The notes below the pieces were generated by a model. That model saw nothing but the letters and a program-made list of their open reading frames with translations, was not told the origin of the DNA and ran no database searches. The position numbers and the translations under genes were made by a program. A DNA stretch of 61,099 nt, counting the filler, from Basidiobolus ranarum (lineage: Eukaryota), in assembly GCA_040143965.1 (NCBI GenBank). It is 7 parts of 7 records of this genome, joined end to end, with 100 filler letters (N's around TTAATTAATTAA, not from the genome) between each part and the next. Parts side by side here need not be neighbours in the genome. Positions count along the whole stretch, not along the records: positions 35,015 to 43,656 come from JASJQH010000946.1; positions 43,757 to 52,384 come from JASJQH010000947.1; positions 52,485 to 61,099 come from JASJQH010000948.1; 4 more parts are not named here. One strand, given 5' to 3'. Positions 39,993-52,595 of the stretch are shown here, piece by piece; position 1 is the stretch's first letter, and each line of letters begins with the position of its first letter.

Positions 39993-42900
39993 CTACAAAG
40001 CAGTTACCGGCTCTACTTGAAGATAGTCGGCGATCTTTGTGACGTACGGCTCAAACATGAGTTCATGATGTTTGGCTTCTATGCTTCGTACGACTACAAT
40101 GGACGAGTATTCTGACCAACCATAGCATGTTTGTTGTCTATCAAGCTCCTCAAGCTCATCCTTTGCATCCGACCCTTTCAACAAGACTATACTGGCGTCT
40201 AATTTCTTGATTGGGGGTTGATATTTTCTCATCAACTGCACATTCTCATGAATCTTTTGCAATATCATCTGGGAGGCTGCTTCTTCTAATTTCCATCCAC
40301 CCGAGACTGATATCATTGTCAAATACTCAAGGGCAGAGTGTTGATTGGAATGTTCCTGCAATCGTCGCCGAGTATGAGGTGCTATCGTATCGATAATGGT
40401 CAGTCTTGATACCTTTTGACCTTGGCACTCGAGTTGACGTGCAATCTCAAAGACAACCAATCCACCGAAAGAGTACCCGTGAAGGCAATAGGGACCTTCA
40501 GGCTGGGCGTTTAGGATTGCCCTCAGATATCTTGTAGCAATCATCTCGATAGAGTCGAATGATTCATCAGTTCCAAGGGTGGGATCGCTGATGGAGTACA
40601 ATGTGCAATGCATGTATTTACCCAAAAGCTCAAAATAGCTAGCTACACCTGTAGCACAGTGTACGATAAACATTGTTGGACCACCTCCCTCAGAGATCAA
40701 AGTCAAGCAATCATCATCATTCTCTTTGATGATATCGCCAACGCATCTATATTTGAATTGAGGAGAATGAGCAACACTTCCTGATGGTGCCATATAGAGT
40801 GGGGAGCTATCAAGTGTCTGGAGTGCCTCTTTTGAAATGGTCTTGATGCCATTAATTAATTCGACTTCCCACAAATCAAGCCAAGATTGGATCTGTGATT
40901 CGGAGTACATAATGTCACTGTAGGTTATGCGAACTTCAAGTTGGTCTCCTACATGTTGAGCAAGGCAATCAATAACTTGATGACGTCTCCACTTAGGAGG
41001 TACGCCACCCAAATCAAATTTGTATTCAGAATCGGACGGTATGGGGAGTAAGTAAGAACTAGCGATATCGTGACTCACAATGTTAGGCATATACCCCAGG
41101 GTAAGTTCCGGTGGGCCCTTCTCAAAATGCGGGGCGGTTTTACCGTTCATGTATTTCAAAAGACCGTAATTCATTTCATTCCCGCGGATATGGCGTTGCT
41201 GAGAGATGGTTTGACGAATAGCATCTTCTAACCGCTGACTCTTTCCCACTTCGATAACAATTGGATATAGGTTAGTAAAACATCCTACTGTCTTTGAAAT
41301 ATCGACTTTATCATCTCCAAATTGGCGTCCATGCGACTCTAATGTGACAGAGAGAGCGTCCCTCACGAATGTACAGCAATAGGAATACGCTAGCGAAGCG
41401 ACTAGCAAATCTATAATTTCTACATTCGCAGATGGCCCACAATATCTTTCGGCCAATTTAGTGAAGTAAGGGTCGAGCTTGAAGGACATTGAGCGGGCAT
41501 TTTCCGTAGTATTATTCGTAAGTAATCCAATATCCGTGATAATAGGTTGAGTTGCTGGTTGTGTAGGCCACGAGCTCATGTCCAACGTTTGTGCATAGTC
41601 ATACAGCAGTTGATTCCATTGCATGTAAGATATTGACTTGCGATCGGGGGTATTTCCTTGGAGCAGTAATCCTAGGTCTTCCCATATAGAGCCCCATGAC
41701 GATAGGTCGATGATCAAGTGGTGAACTGCCATGAAAATCAACTGCTGGCCATCTGATAGATCATACAATGCGAATTGGAATAGAGGTTTCGACATCAGAT
41801 CAAGACTACTCTGAAGCTCATAAATAGAATCCTTCAACTCTGTTCTGGATTTGACTTGCGTATGATAGACTTCAAATGGAAGCTCTGCAGGTGCGATCAC
41901 TTGTGCTTTCCATAAATTTCCGGAGCGCTCAAAACGGGTACGAAGGATATCATGATTTATGATTAGTTGTAGAACAGCAGACTTCAAGAGAGTCAAGTTT
42001 GTCGGGTACTGCATTTTAAATAGCCAGCTCTGATTAAAATGATTGATATTCTCTTGTTCAAATTCCATAAACATATGCTGGTTGGCAGTAAGGTGGACTT
42101 CACATTGAACTAATTTATCAACAGTGAATCGTCCGACCATAGCACCTCTAGCATTCTGGGCAAGTTGACAGATAGTATGGTTTTTAAGAATACTCTGTAC
42201 CGCGATCTGAATACTATGTTTTCGACATTCAGAAGAAACACGTATGGCCAATATAGAGTCACCACCAAGCGAACGGAAGGAGTGATCGATACTAATGCTA
42301 CTTTGAGGAATGTTGAGGACCTTCGACCAGACTTCTTGAATGAGCAACTGAGTCAAATTTTGAGGCTGTATAATATCATATTTATCAGTCTCGATGAATT
42401 CTCCCGAGGAGGTCGCTACTTTATTACTACCCTCCTTTCCATTCGTCGAAATTCTCATAATATCTTCCAGACTTGAGGACGAGAAGAGATCTGACAGTTT
42501 ACGACGATCAATTTTATCACTTGAATTGATCGGAAGGGTGTTGAGTGGTAACCAAATATTCGGAATCATATAAGGTGGTAGGCGTTTGCCCACGAGTACT
42601 TTCAGCTCTTCCATGTACCCAGACACCGAAGTAACTTGTGATCCTGATAGCAATTCCGGTTCAGCGACTCTACTCTCTACATCACAGAATGTCAAAAAGG
42701 CCACCAAGGACTTACGATTCACTGTCTGATCGGTAGCCAAAGCCAATACGCATGCCCTTGACACCTGCGAGTGGTAATGAAGCGCGTGCTCTATCTCATC
42801 CAGCTCAATTCGTAATCCATTTAACTTGATTTGATTGTCCATTCTACCAACTATTCTAACTGTTCCATCTTCATTAAAAAGCGCCAGATCACCGGTACGA

Positions 42901-43656
42901 TAGATTCTGTTAGCAGTGTCGAAATCACTAGTGACAAATGCCATTTCTGTGAGGTCAGGTCGGTTCAGATAACCTCGAGCGAGTTGAGGACCAGAGACAC
43001 AAAGTTCGCCAACCACACCTAGCGGGACAGGTTGCAAATTGGATCCTACAATCAAGATATTGTTGCCATCTATTGGTTTCCCGATATTATTGCACATCGT
43101 ATTTTCAGTCACATTACAATTAGCTAGAATAGCCACTGCAGCTTCTGTAGGTCCATATGCATTACAGAGTTGAACATATGGTGACCACAAATCTTGAACT
43201 GTGGTAGTCATCATTTCGCCACCCAACGCTACTCGCTTCACACTTGGCACTTCGAGGGGATCGATCAGTGTTGCGACGGAAGGAGTGAGCATAAGTGCTG
43301 TCACATTCATTATATTTATGCACTTTTCCAAATCAGAGAGCAGGTTCTCTTTTGAGGCAAGTGCAACACAAGCACCCGAAGCTAATGTGCAAAATATCTC
43401 AATTACAGATGCATCAAACGTATATTTGGCAAATTGCAAGACTGAATCCATAGAGGTAATGCCCCAAAGACTATAGAATGCTTGGACAAAGCTCGACACA
43501 CTTCGGTGCTCCATCATGACACCCTTAGGCATTCCAGTAGAGCCGGATGTGTAGATTACATAGCACAGATTTGAACTACTCAAATTGTTCACTTGAGGGT
43601 TCTCGATGCTATTCTGGTCAAGTGATAGATTATCAGTGTCAAGCAGAACAACGACT
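39993..43656 (-). CDS. Non-ribosomal peptide synthetase, terminal part A-T-E-TE (5' truncated by gap)
   Basis: A: YTSGSTGMPKG, FDAS, NAYGPTE, GPQLARGY, YRTGDL, RIELDEIE, KIDR. T: LGGDSI. E: HHLIIDLSSW, LESHGRQ, SKTVGCFTNLYP. TE: GYSFGG, HHELM. Frame is open to the gap and intronless. Confidence 0.93.
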
Positions 43657-43756
43657 NNNNNNNNNNNNNNNNNNNNNNNNNNNNNNNNNNNNNNNNNNNN
43701 TTAATTAATTAANNNNNNNNNNNNNNNNNNNNNNNNNNNNNNNNNNNNNNNNNNNN

Positions 43757-46112
43757 GATCTTTAGTTGCTCACCATATTGACTAATTCCAGCTCAAAAAT
43801 GCTCTAAATTGGAACTCACAAGCCAAAAATGCATATTTCTTGGTTACTGTGATGGATCTAGGGCCTATAGACTGCTTGATACCAAAAATCAGAAGGTTGT
43901 TAATTGTACAGATATGATTTTTGATGAAAAAGCAAATTTTGCACCTCAAATCACAGCTTGATTCAGAAAACACAATCAGCACTATTCAGCAAGTGTCTGA
44001 CAAAATTCCAGCTGTATCTGAGCCCTATTCAGCCAAAATACCAGTCCCAATTACATCAGAGGATGATTCAGGACCTAGATGATCATCCAGAAGGAGAAAT
44101 TAGCCAGGAAACTGGTAGAACACTTCCAATCATGATGTATACACTTATGCGGCATTCTGTGACAAGCCACAGACTCTAGATCAAGTTTTGAATTGTGCAG
44201 AATCAAAATTATGACAAAGGCAATGTATGAATAGTATTCTTCACTTCAGGACAATAAAATGTGAGCTTTAAGCCCTCCACCATCATGGAGAAAGCTAATA
44301 AGTTGCATATGGGTTGGCAAAGTCAAAAACCAAGCTGATGGAACCATGGAAAGGTACAAAGCAAGATTAGTTGCAAAAGGTTATTCCCACACACCAGGAG
44401 TTCATTGTAATGAAAATTTTGCTCAAGTTGCTAAGTTTAGCTACATTAGATCTATCCTGGCACTCTCAGCCATCCATAACATTCACTTACAGCAAATGGA
44501 TGTAAACGCAGCCTTTCTGAATGGAAATCTACAAGAAGATATTAATATGGAGCAACCAGATGGATTTGTTGACCCAGAACACCCTGTTATGGTCTGTAAA
44601 CTGCAAAAATTACTATATGAACTCAAACAAGCACCTAGGGCATGATACAACAAGATAGATACCTATTTGGAATCACTAGAATTCCAAAAATGCTCAGCAG
44701 ATTGCAGTATTTACATCAAAACAACTGGAAATAGGATCCTTTTCTTGGCACTATATAAGGATGAGTTGATCATAGCCACAATTGTTCTAGAAGCACTGAA
44801 TCAGACAAAAAGAAGTTCATCAAACCAATATCAGATAACTGGTATGGGTGAATTCAGTTACTTTCTTGGAATACAAATCAAGAGAGATAAACCCAATCAG
44901 AAAATTATACTGAATTAGTCTAGACACATCCTAGACATCCAAAAATGCTTCAACATGGAGGAAAGCAAACCATATCAACACCCATGGTTCCCAATGTAAA
45001 ATTAATCAAAATTTTGTCTGTTTTGAACCAAAATGACTGAAATCAAAGCCAGGAGTTTCATTATCAATCCATGTTGGGTAGTTTAATGTATACAATGGTT
45101 GAAACAGATCCAGACATTGCTGTGTTAGTGGGAACTCTCAGCCAATATCTCAAAAATCCTGGATCTGAGCACAATACTGTAATAAAACAAATATTCAGGT
45201 ACTTGAGAGGGACTGTAGATCTAGTTCTGGAATACTCTGCCACTTGTGATGCAAAAATTTTGAAAACTACAGTGATGCAGATTGGGGAAGAAACCTTGAT
45301 GATAGAACATTAACAACTGGGTACACTTCTCTCTATGGTAATGGAGCCATCACTTTAAATAGTAACAAGCAATCAACCATAGCTCTTTCCACTACAGAAG
45401 CAGAATATATGGTTGCCTCTGCTACTACACAAGAAGCTATTTGGTTAAGGAAGTTATTTGCAGACTTAAGATACATGTAAAAATATGCTATTACTGTATT
45501 GGAAGATAATCAGAGTTGTATTTCATTAGCTAAAAGCCCTACATTTCAAGCCGGAACACAACATATAGATATTGGGCATATTTTATTAGAGCAGCAATAG
45601 AGAATGATATAATTGAACTTGTCTATTGCCCAATTGAAGTAATGATAGCTGACATTTTAGCCAAACCATTAGCTAAAGCACAATTTGCATTATTAAGATA
45701 TAACTTAGGTTTAAGAGTAATACAAAATAATTAGTTGAGTGGGAATGTTGATATAAGGTAAATATCAACTCATCATTTAGTAATTAGTTTATTCATATTC
45801 TGATAATTTAGCACTCAATTCTGCCATTCAAAGATGCATGTTTATTGCTCTAATTGATAGAAATATCAAATAGATCACTTTTACTAATTTTCTCTGTTTT
45901 CTCAAAACATCTCCTAATCACCTCAAATTTCCACCCATGCTTAACAGGCATGATTGTTATGATCTAAGCATATCAAATAGTCCTATTTTATAGTAAACTA
46001 TGAATAGGACATATTCAATTCAATAAAACATAAGTGTCTAATTCACAGATCCAAATATTGTTCAAAACATGTCCATATCCCCTACACACTTTAAACAAAA
46101 ACTTGATTTCAT
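43757..46112 (+). mobile_element. Degenerate Ty1/copia LTR retrotransposon (integrase tail, RT, RNase H, PPT, 3' LTR)
   Basis: [69 protein letters not shown] then TGTTG at 45746. Many stops and frameshifts. The LTR end (45946 or ~46112) is uncertain. Confidence 0.9.
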
Positions 46113-47730
46113 TTATTGATAAATATGCAAAATACAGTTGGGTCTACTCTATGGAAAGAATTGAAGGAGCTCTTTCAATCATTAAAGACTTTAAAACACA
46201 TGTAGAGACTGCAACTGGAACTAAGATCAATAAAATACATCTTGATGATGGTGGTGAATGTACTACAACACTGTTTAAGCACTTTTGCAAAGTGCACAGA
46301 ATTAAGCAAGAAACTACTGCCCCTATTTACATCACCTGAAAGAGCAACAGGAACATAATAGAAATGGCAAGATATATGATAAATGCTCACAGTTCATCTC
46401 ATTACTTTTGGGCAGAATCTGCTACTACAGCTAGATATTTGAATAACAGGTGTTTTACAAGAAGTGTGTCTAACTTCACATCATATCTAGCTTCGTTTTG
46501 ACTTAAAACTGAGGTAAAACATTTGGGTATCTTTGGATTTGATGCTTATGTAAAAATTATGACCAAAAATTAGTGTAAACATGATGCAAAAAGTAAGAAA
46601 TGCATATTTCTGGGTCATAATATTCAAGCTAAGGCCTACAGACTCTATGATACCAAATTTTCCAAGTTAATCAAGTGCAGGGATGTTTTGTTGAATGAAA
46701 ATGGAAACTTTTCTCCCAAAATAAAGTTGTGGTACTTTTGTCCCAAAACAGAAGTTTAAATTGAATTTGAAATAGCCCTGATTACGATACAAGTATCAGG
46801 CTTTAATTGATAATCAAACTTGGATTTTAACCAACTTACCTGATGATAGAAATCCATTGGCTGCCAATAGGTGTTTACAGTTAAATACAACTGCAATGGC
46901 GATATAGAACAAGACAAGGCCAGACTAGTGTCCAAGACTATTCCCATTCACCAGGAGTTGATTATACAGAATCATTTGCTCCTATAGCAAAGTTCACTTC
47001 AATAGACTGATTTAGCAATTTTAGCCAAATATCATTTTATTTTGTATCACATGGATGTAGAAACTGCTTTACTGAATGGCTGAGGAGATCTATATGGACC
47101 AGCCAGATGGATTGATGAACTTAACAAACCCTAAAATGTTTGCAGACTTTGGAAAACACTCTTTGGCTTACAATAATCTCCATGAGCTTTGAATAGCTAG
47201 ATAAAAGCTTGTTTGGAAGTACCCAAATTCTGAAGAATAATGCTGACAACAATATCTACCGCAGGCCATATAAGACAAAACCAGTTCTATTAGTCTAATA
47301 TGTAGATGACCTTATTGTAGCAGCAAATGACTTTGATAGTTTGGAGAGAACCAAATGTAGCTTATCTGCCATATTCAAAATGACTGATCTTGGTTACCAT
47401 GTGTACCATCTAGGAATGCAAGTTAAGATAGATATAACTTCCAAAACACTAACTTTAAATAAGTCTAAGTGTGAACTATATGTACCAAAGAAGTTTAAAA
47501 TGGAAGAATATAATCCAATATCTATCTCAATGGAGATAAATCTTTCCTTGCCCAAAAATGGCCTAAATCAGACATTTTTAGATTCAAGTGAAAGCCAGAA
47601 ATTTCCTTATGAAGCTGTGGTCAAATGTTTGATGTATATAATGGTTGGAACATGGCCAGATTTTGTATATTCTGTGCAAGTTACATGCCAATATCTTCAA
47701 AATTATGGCTGTGATCAAATCATAGCAGTT
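46113..47730 (+). mobile_element. Second degenerate copia fragment (integrase core to RT)
   Basis: ISFIDKYAKYSWVY, IHLDDGGEC, YFWAES, KKCIFLG, KARLV, LYVDDL, FKMTDLG, VGTWPD. Confidence 0.85.
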
Positions 47731-48099
47731 AAGGAGACAATTTCACATGGAGCATCATTTCACCACAGGTATGCTCCAATGGGAGCTCCAGGAATCTATA
47801 GCAAAGGCCTACAATTGATAAGCATTATGAAAGTTGCAGCAGGGAATGTATCAAATACTGGCATAGATTCAGTCTATCTTCTTTATACCGGTAATAAAGC
47901 TTTACACAGCCAATCACAAACTCCTCACACAGTTGCTGTACCTGCCTGAGATCAGCCAATCAGAGTTGATGAGATACAAATACATTAATGATGTCCACAA
48001 TCAACTCACAATGTTGCCAATGCTTATCAGGCAGAAAGCTTTCATGATTCCATCTGAATATATAAAAATCCAATACTTCCAGTCTTTGCATTTGATTAT

Positions 48100-48970
48100 A
48101 TGCCTAGATAAGTGGATATTGATAGGAGTTCTAGCAAAATATGATGGTATCCTGACATTTTCAAGCATTTTCTCAATCAATTTAAACTTTGAACCTATCT
48201 CAAATGGCTCATTCAGATTGAATTTTCCACTATACAGCAGAGTAGGTGGTACTGGAATGTTTTTAAATAGTAAGTGCATAGTGCCTAATGGGAAGTTCTG
48301 GCTCCAGCTGATTTCCTTTAGCAATAATATCTTAGGCTTATGGCCAATCTCAAGTTTGATGTTAGATTGACTATTTGGTGAATCAATATTAGTGAGCATA
48401 TTAAAATCCAACAAAGCTCTTGATCATATAATCATGAAGCTTAGTGTTCTAACTGGATAGTAGTAATATGTACGCCTGGAATAGTAAACTCCATTGATTT
48501 GACAAAATCTACAGAAAAATAGTGCATGCCAAATATGAGCATCAAAATTTTACAATGTATGAATGCCTTCAAAATACCATTGAGAAGTCACCATCATACC
48601 ATCAAAATCCCTGGCAGAATGCAAGCCACCAATATTTTGATAATTCTCTTATGGTTTTGCAATCCAGAAGGGTGGATCCAATATGGATCAATTAAATTTT
48701 ATCTTTGTTAGGGAGTCATGCAAGTATGGTGATCAAAATTGAGACAAATAACAATCAAAGGAACAATTTATGGCATCCAGATATTGAGTATCAGCCTGAA
48801 TAAACTATTGATCAATTCTGCATATTTGAGATATCATGATGTACAATTTCAGATGCGGAAAAATACAATCAGCCAACTACTATAAATTGAGTTTAGAAAG
48901 TGAATTACAAGTTTAATTTTGCTCAATGTTTTCTAATTTTGGATCAGTACCTGGGAATATAGGGATTTCA
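48100..48970 (+). mobile_element. Highly decayed non-LTR (L1/Tx1-like) reverse-transcriptase remnant
   Basis: Ordered remnants YDGI (~PDGI), LWPISSLMLD (~WRPISLLNxD), IDFDKIY (~DFEKAY), GVMQ (~GVRQ), KVNY and YLGI across frames. Confidence 0.5.
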
Positions 48971-50479
48971 GAATTGCATTATATCTGTAGTGCTAATATA
49001 CAAGCCAGGCAATGGAATTTAAATCCAACATGCTCTGATTTGTATTGCAGTGGATCCAGCCTAATATAGGGGACATTACCAATTTGATAATCTATGTTAA
49101 GATGATGTGAACTCAAATACCTAACACAGCATAAATGTGGGCCTCATGAAGCTCTGATATACTGATGAACCATTGCTATGTGATTGCAATTGATTGGAGA
49201 TATGAGAGTACTACCAGTGAGATATAGGCTATATAGATCTCATCTTACAACATAAAGTTCCAATTTTAGATTGATTCAGTAATCTTAATGGAAACAAAGA
49301 GCAGAATCTGGATTTTTGTGCCATGAAGAACACAGCAACTATAATTATGCCTGATTGCATCACAAATATGATACCAGAAAAGGAAGTGGACAGATTTGTA
49401 GTACTTGTGATTGCAAAAATTAATATGTGATTGTCTAATTTGCTGGGATGAGCACTCAAATCAGTAAGGAGATAACAAGAAATATCTGGATGAATTAGAT
49501 CATCAGACTAAGGCATGGGAAAGACTGAGTTATGAACTTTAATAACTAAGCAGTGTTAGTTAATGTTGTTTATTGCAGGAAGTATCTGATTGATAAGAAG
49601 TCAAAGGCATGTCAGCAGAAACCACAAAATCTGGTCAAAATCTGGATGCTTAAAGAGCACAATGCTGAAGCAGGGGAAGTAGGAAACTTCCCGCCCAAAG
49701 GAGAGAAGACTACAGTATCAATAAAGAAACAAAGTTGAAGAAGTCAGGCTTGAAGAAAAGCAAGGAGCTTGCCATATAGGGATGAAAATTAAAATTGACC
49801 TTCTGGGCAACATTTAAGATACACTTGGCCAGTACTTGGTCATTATGTGCATACACTGGTTGAAAGAAAGCTAGCAATCAGATCTAACCAAAAATATACT
49901 ATGTATTAGAGTTAAGTCAAAGATTTTACCCATTACTCTGAATTGGAACTTAATTAATACATATTTTGCAACTTTGAAATTCTTGGATATTCAAATTTCT
50001 CCAAACTAGTGCTTGAGGCTCCATATTGTGCACAAATGTTGCTAATTTGTTCACATATTGACAAAAGTATAAACGTCAACTTCTACTCATTCAATTGATA
50101 AGTAGAAACTACCAGCTTCTCAATTTCTTGAACCACTGGCAAAGCTTGCACTCTTTGTGATGACTGCTTCTCAATCTGCTGAAAATAGGATGAAACCAAT
50201 TATCAACTTTAGAAAAAAAAATGAAAACACTGCTGTAAGAAAGAGTACTTTGGGTTACAATTGTGTGTGTAGAAAATAATTTAAAATTCTCTGAAACCAA
50301 ATTTTTACACCTGGTTAAAGAAGACCTATATGCTTTTAACATAATATGTCTCAATTATCATGACAATTTGCTAATTCAATGTCTAAGAGCCAAAATGGCT
50401 AAGAAGATATGATAAGCCAGGTAGACATCTACCATGTAAAGCATATGGGAGCCTCTTCCAAGTGGTTAGGAGAATTAGA

Positions 50480-51080
50480 GAAATGGTGGAGTTCCCTTGT
50501 TGATTTTTTGAGTAAAAAGTAGACATTTAGGGTTTTGTCAAGATCTAAACAACCTAACATGTTCACTATGTTAAGGAAGGTCCTAGCAGCATGTGTGCAA
50601 AGTTCAGTGCTTCTAGCACAAGACTGAAAAAGCTATATATTCGAAAACTTCCAAGTTAGTAAAAATAATCAAAGTAAATTCTGATTGAGAAGGCTGGATA
50701 ATATCTTAGTGAAATAGAAGATAACTAAGGACTCTACTGAAGCTTACTATACAGATGTTTAGGCAAATACTATTTCAACTTACCAAACATGTTCTGCTGC
50801 CAACAAGATGTTCCAAAGAAGACACTTCTTTAACTTATGGATGAAGCCAGGAGCAAATATTAAATTACTAATTAATAGAGTCACCATTTCAGTGGATGAA
50901 ATGGAATGCATTGAGGTCTGAACTACTGATCAAGATATCATAGTTACAGTCCTGATCAGCCTCTAATGCATGTTTTAAAACCTGGTAGCAGGTATATGAT
51001 CCAGAACTGAAAATATGAGAGTGTTATGCAGACTGCTGGATGAGGATTTATATTAATTAGGAACCAACTGAAAGAATGAA
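50480..51080 (+). mobile_element. Degenerate copia gag (UBN2-like) fragment
   Basis: RRHFFNLWMKPGANIKLLINRVTISVDEMECIEV*TTDQDIIVTVLISL resembles copia gag. Confidence 0.55.
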
Positions 51081-51329
51081 GAAAAATGTTTGCAGGCTGT
51101 GGTAAACCTTCCTATCAAGAAGAAAAGCTCCTGAAGAAGAAAAGAAATATATTCTGGCCTTGTAGAATGTTCTGTACCTCTATTTTGCTGTGGGATATAA
51201 GGTACAGTAGTGTGTTACATAGTTCCATACTTAGAACAAAAACTAGCAAAGTCCTGAGAGCAGTATTATTCACCTTTATCACTTCTTAATACCCTTATTT
51301 TTATGCTGATTCATTTTCTACCATTGTTT

Positions 51330-52384
51330 TGTAGTTTTTAATGCAGTTAAGGCTCCAGATTTTGATTTTGGCAAGAATGCCAAATAAAATCTTGTTTTGT
51401 CAACAATAAAGATTCTGAAGTGGCTTTTGCCACCTATTGAAATGTAATTCATTGACCATATTGGTCAGAATGAGTCACAGCAAAATTCCAAGAGGATTCA
51501 ATATTGCTCAAGCTTGAAAACAGCTGTCTTCAATGTTTTCCATAAATGCAACTATCTTGCAGATCCAATTTAGTGATATTTACAAATTCTTAGCCTGAAA
51601 CAAGCTGATGATGGATCATTTGGGTCTGTTTTGATCAAGGTGTTTATGGGATTTGGAAGTGTTTTAGACAAAAGTTGGATTTGTGAATTAGACACTTTAG
51701 TTTTATTGAATTGAATGTGTCCTGTTTAGAGTTTACTATGAAATAGGACTTTTGGATGTTCTTAGATCATAACAAACAAGCCTGCTAAGCATGGGTGAAA
51801 CCTTGAGGTGGTTTGGAGAAGTTTTGAGAAAATAATGAAACTGGTAAAAGTTATCTAATTGATGTTTCTCTCAACTAGAGCAATAAACAAACATAGTGCA
51901 AGGAGGGGAGTGAGTGCTAAGTAATCAGAATATGAATAAACTAACTACTAAATAATGATTTGCTATTTACCTAAATTCAACATTCCCACTCTACTAATTA
52001 ATTTGTATTTTTCTTAAATCTAACTTATATCTTAATAATTCAAATTGTGCTTTAGCTAAAGGTTTGGCTAAGATGTCAGCAATCACTTGTTCAGTAAGGC
52101 AATAGAGAAGTTCAATTATATCATTCTCTATTTGCTCTCTAGCAAAATGATGCATAATATCTATATTTTTTGTTTTGGCACAAAATGTAGGGTTTTTAGC
52201 TAATGAAATAGATATTTGATTATCTTCAAGTACAGTAATAGTATCTTTTTGCATGTGGCCTAAGTTTGTAACTAACTCCCTTAACAACATAGCTTCTTGA
52301 GTGGTAGCAGAGGCAGCCATATACTCTGCTTCTGTAGTGGAAAGTGCTATGGTTTGTTGCTTGTTACTACTTCAAGTTATGGCT
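51330..52384 (-). mobile_element. Inverted sibling copia copy (RNase H, PPT, LTR at ~51627-52384) abutting an integrase remnant
   Basis: EAEYMAASATTQEA..EDNQISISLAKNP..ADILAKPL. The reverse complement is colinear with ~45345-46112. Followed by THSDQYG..SIGGKSH..FIVDK remnants. Confidence 0.85.
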
Positions 52385-52485
52385 NNNNNNNNNNNNNNNN
52401 NNNNNNNNNNNNNNNNNNNNNNNNNNNNTTAATTAATTAANNNNNNNNNNNNNNNNNNNNNNNNNNNNNNNNNNNNNNNNNNNNG

Positions 52486-52595
52486 ATTCAACCATTAGTA
52501 TTAGGTCTGAAAGTATCTTTTGTTCTGTTCTGTTTTATCTGGGTAAGAGCTTGTTATCCTCGTCTAAGATATGATCAATTAATGTCATTCTGTTG
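52486..52595 (+). pseudogene. nad1: Mitochondrial nad1 fragment (NUMT or chimeric contig end)
   Basis: Translates IQPLVLGLKVSFVLFCFIWVRACYPRLRYDQLMSFC, the conserved ND1 FIWVRAxxPRxRYDQLM motif. Confidence 0.9.

Noticed and set aside
36849-43656. CBM18 + beta-trefoil + NRPS as a biosynthetic gene cluster
   Set aside because: No tailoring, transport or regulatory genes; proximity alone is insufficient.
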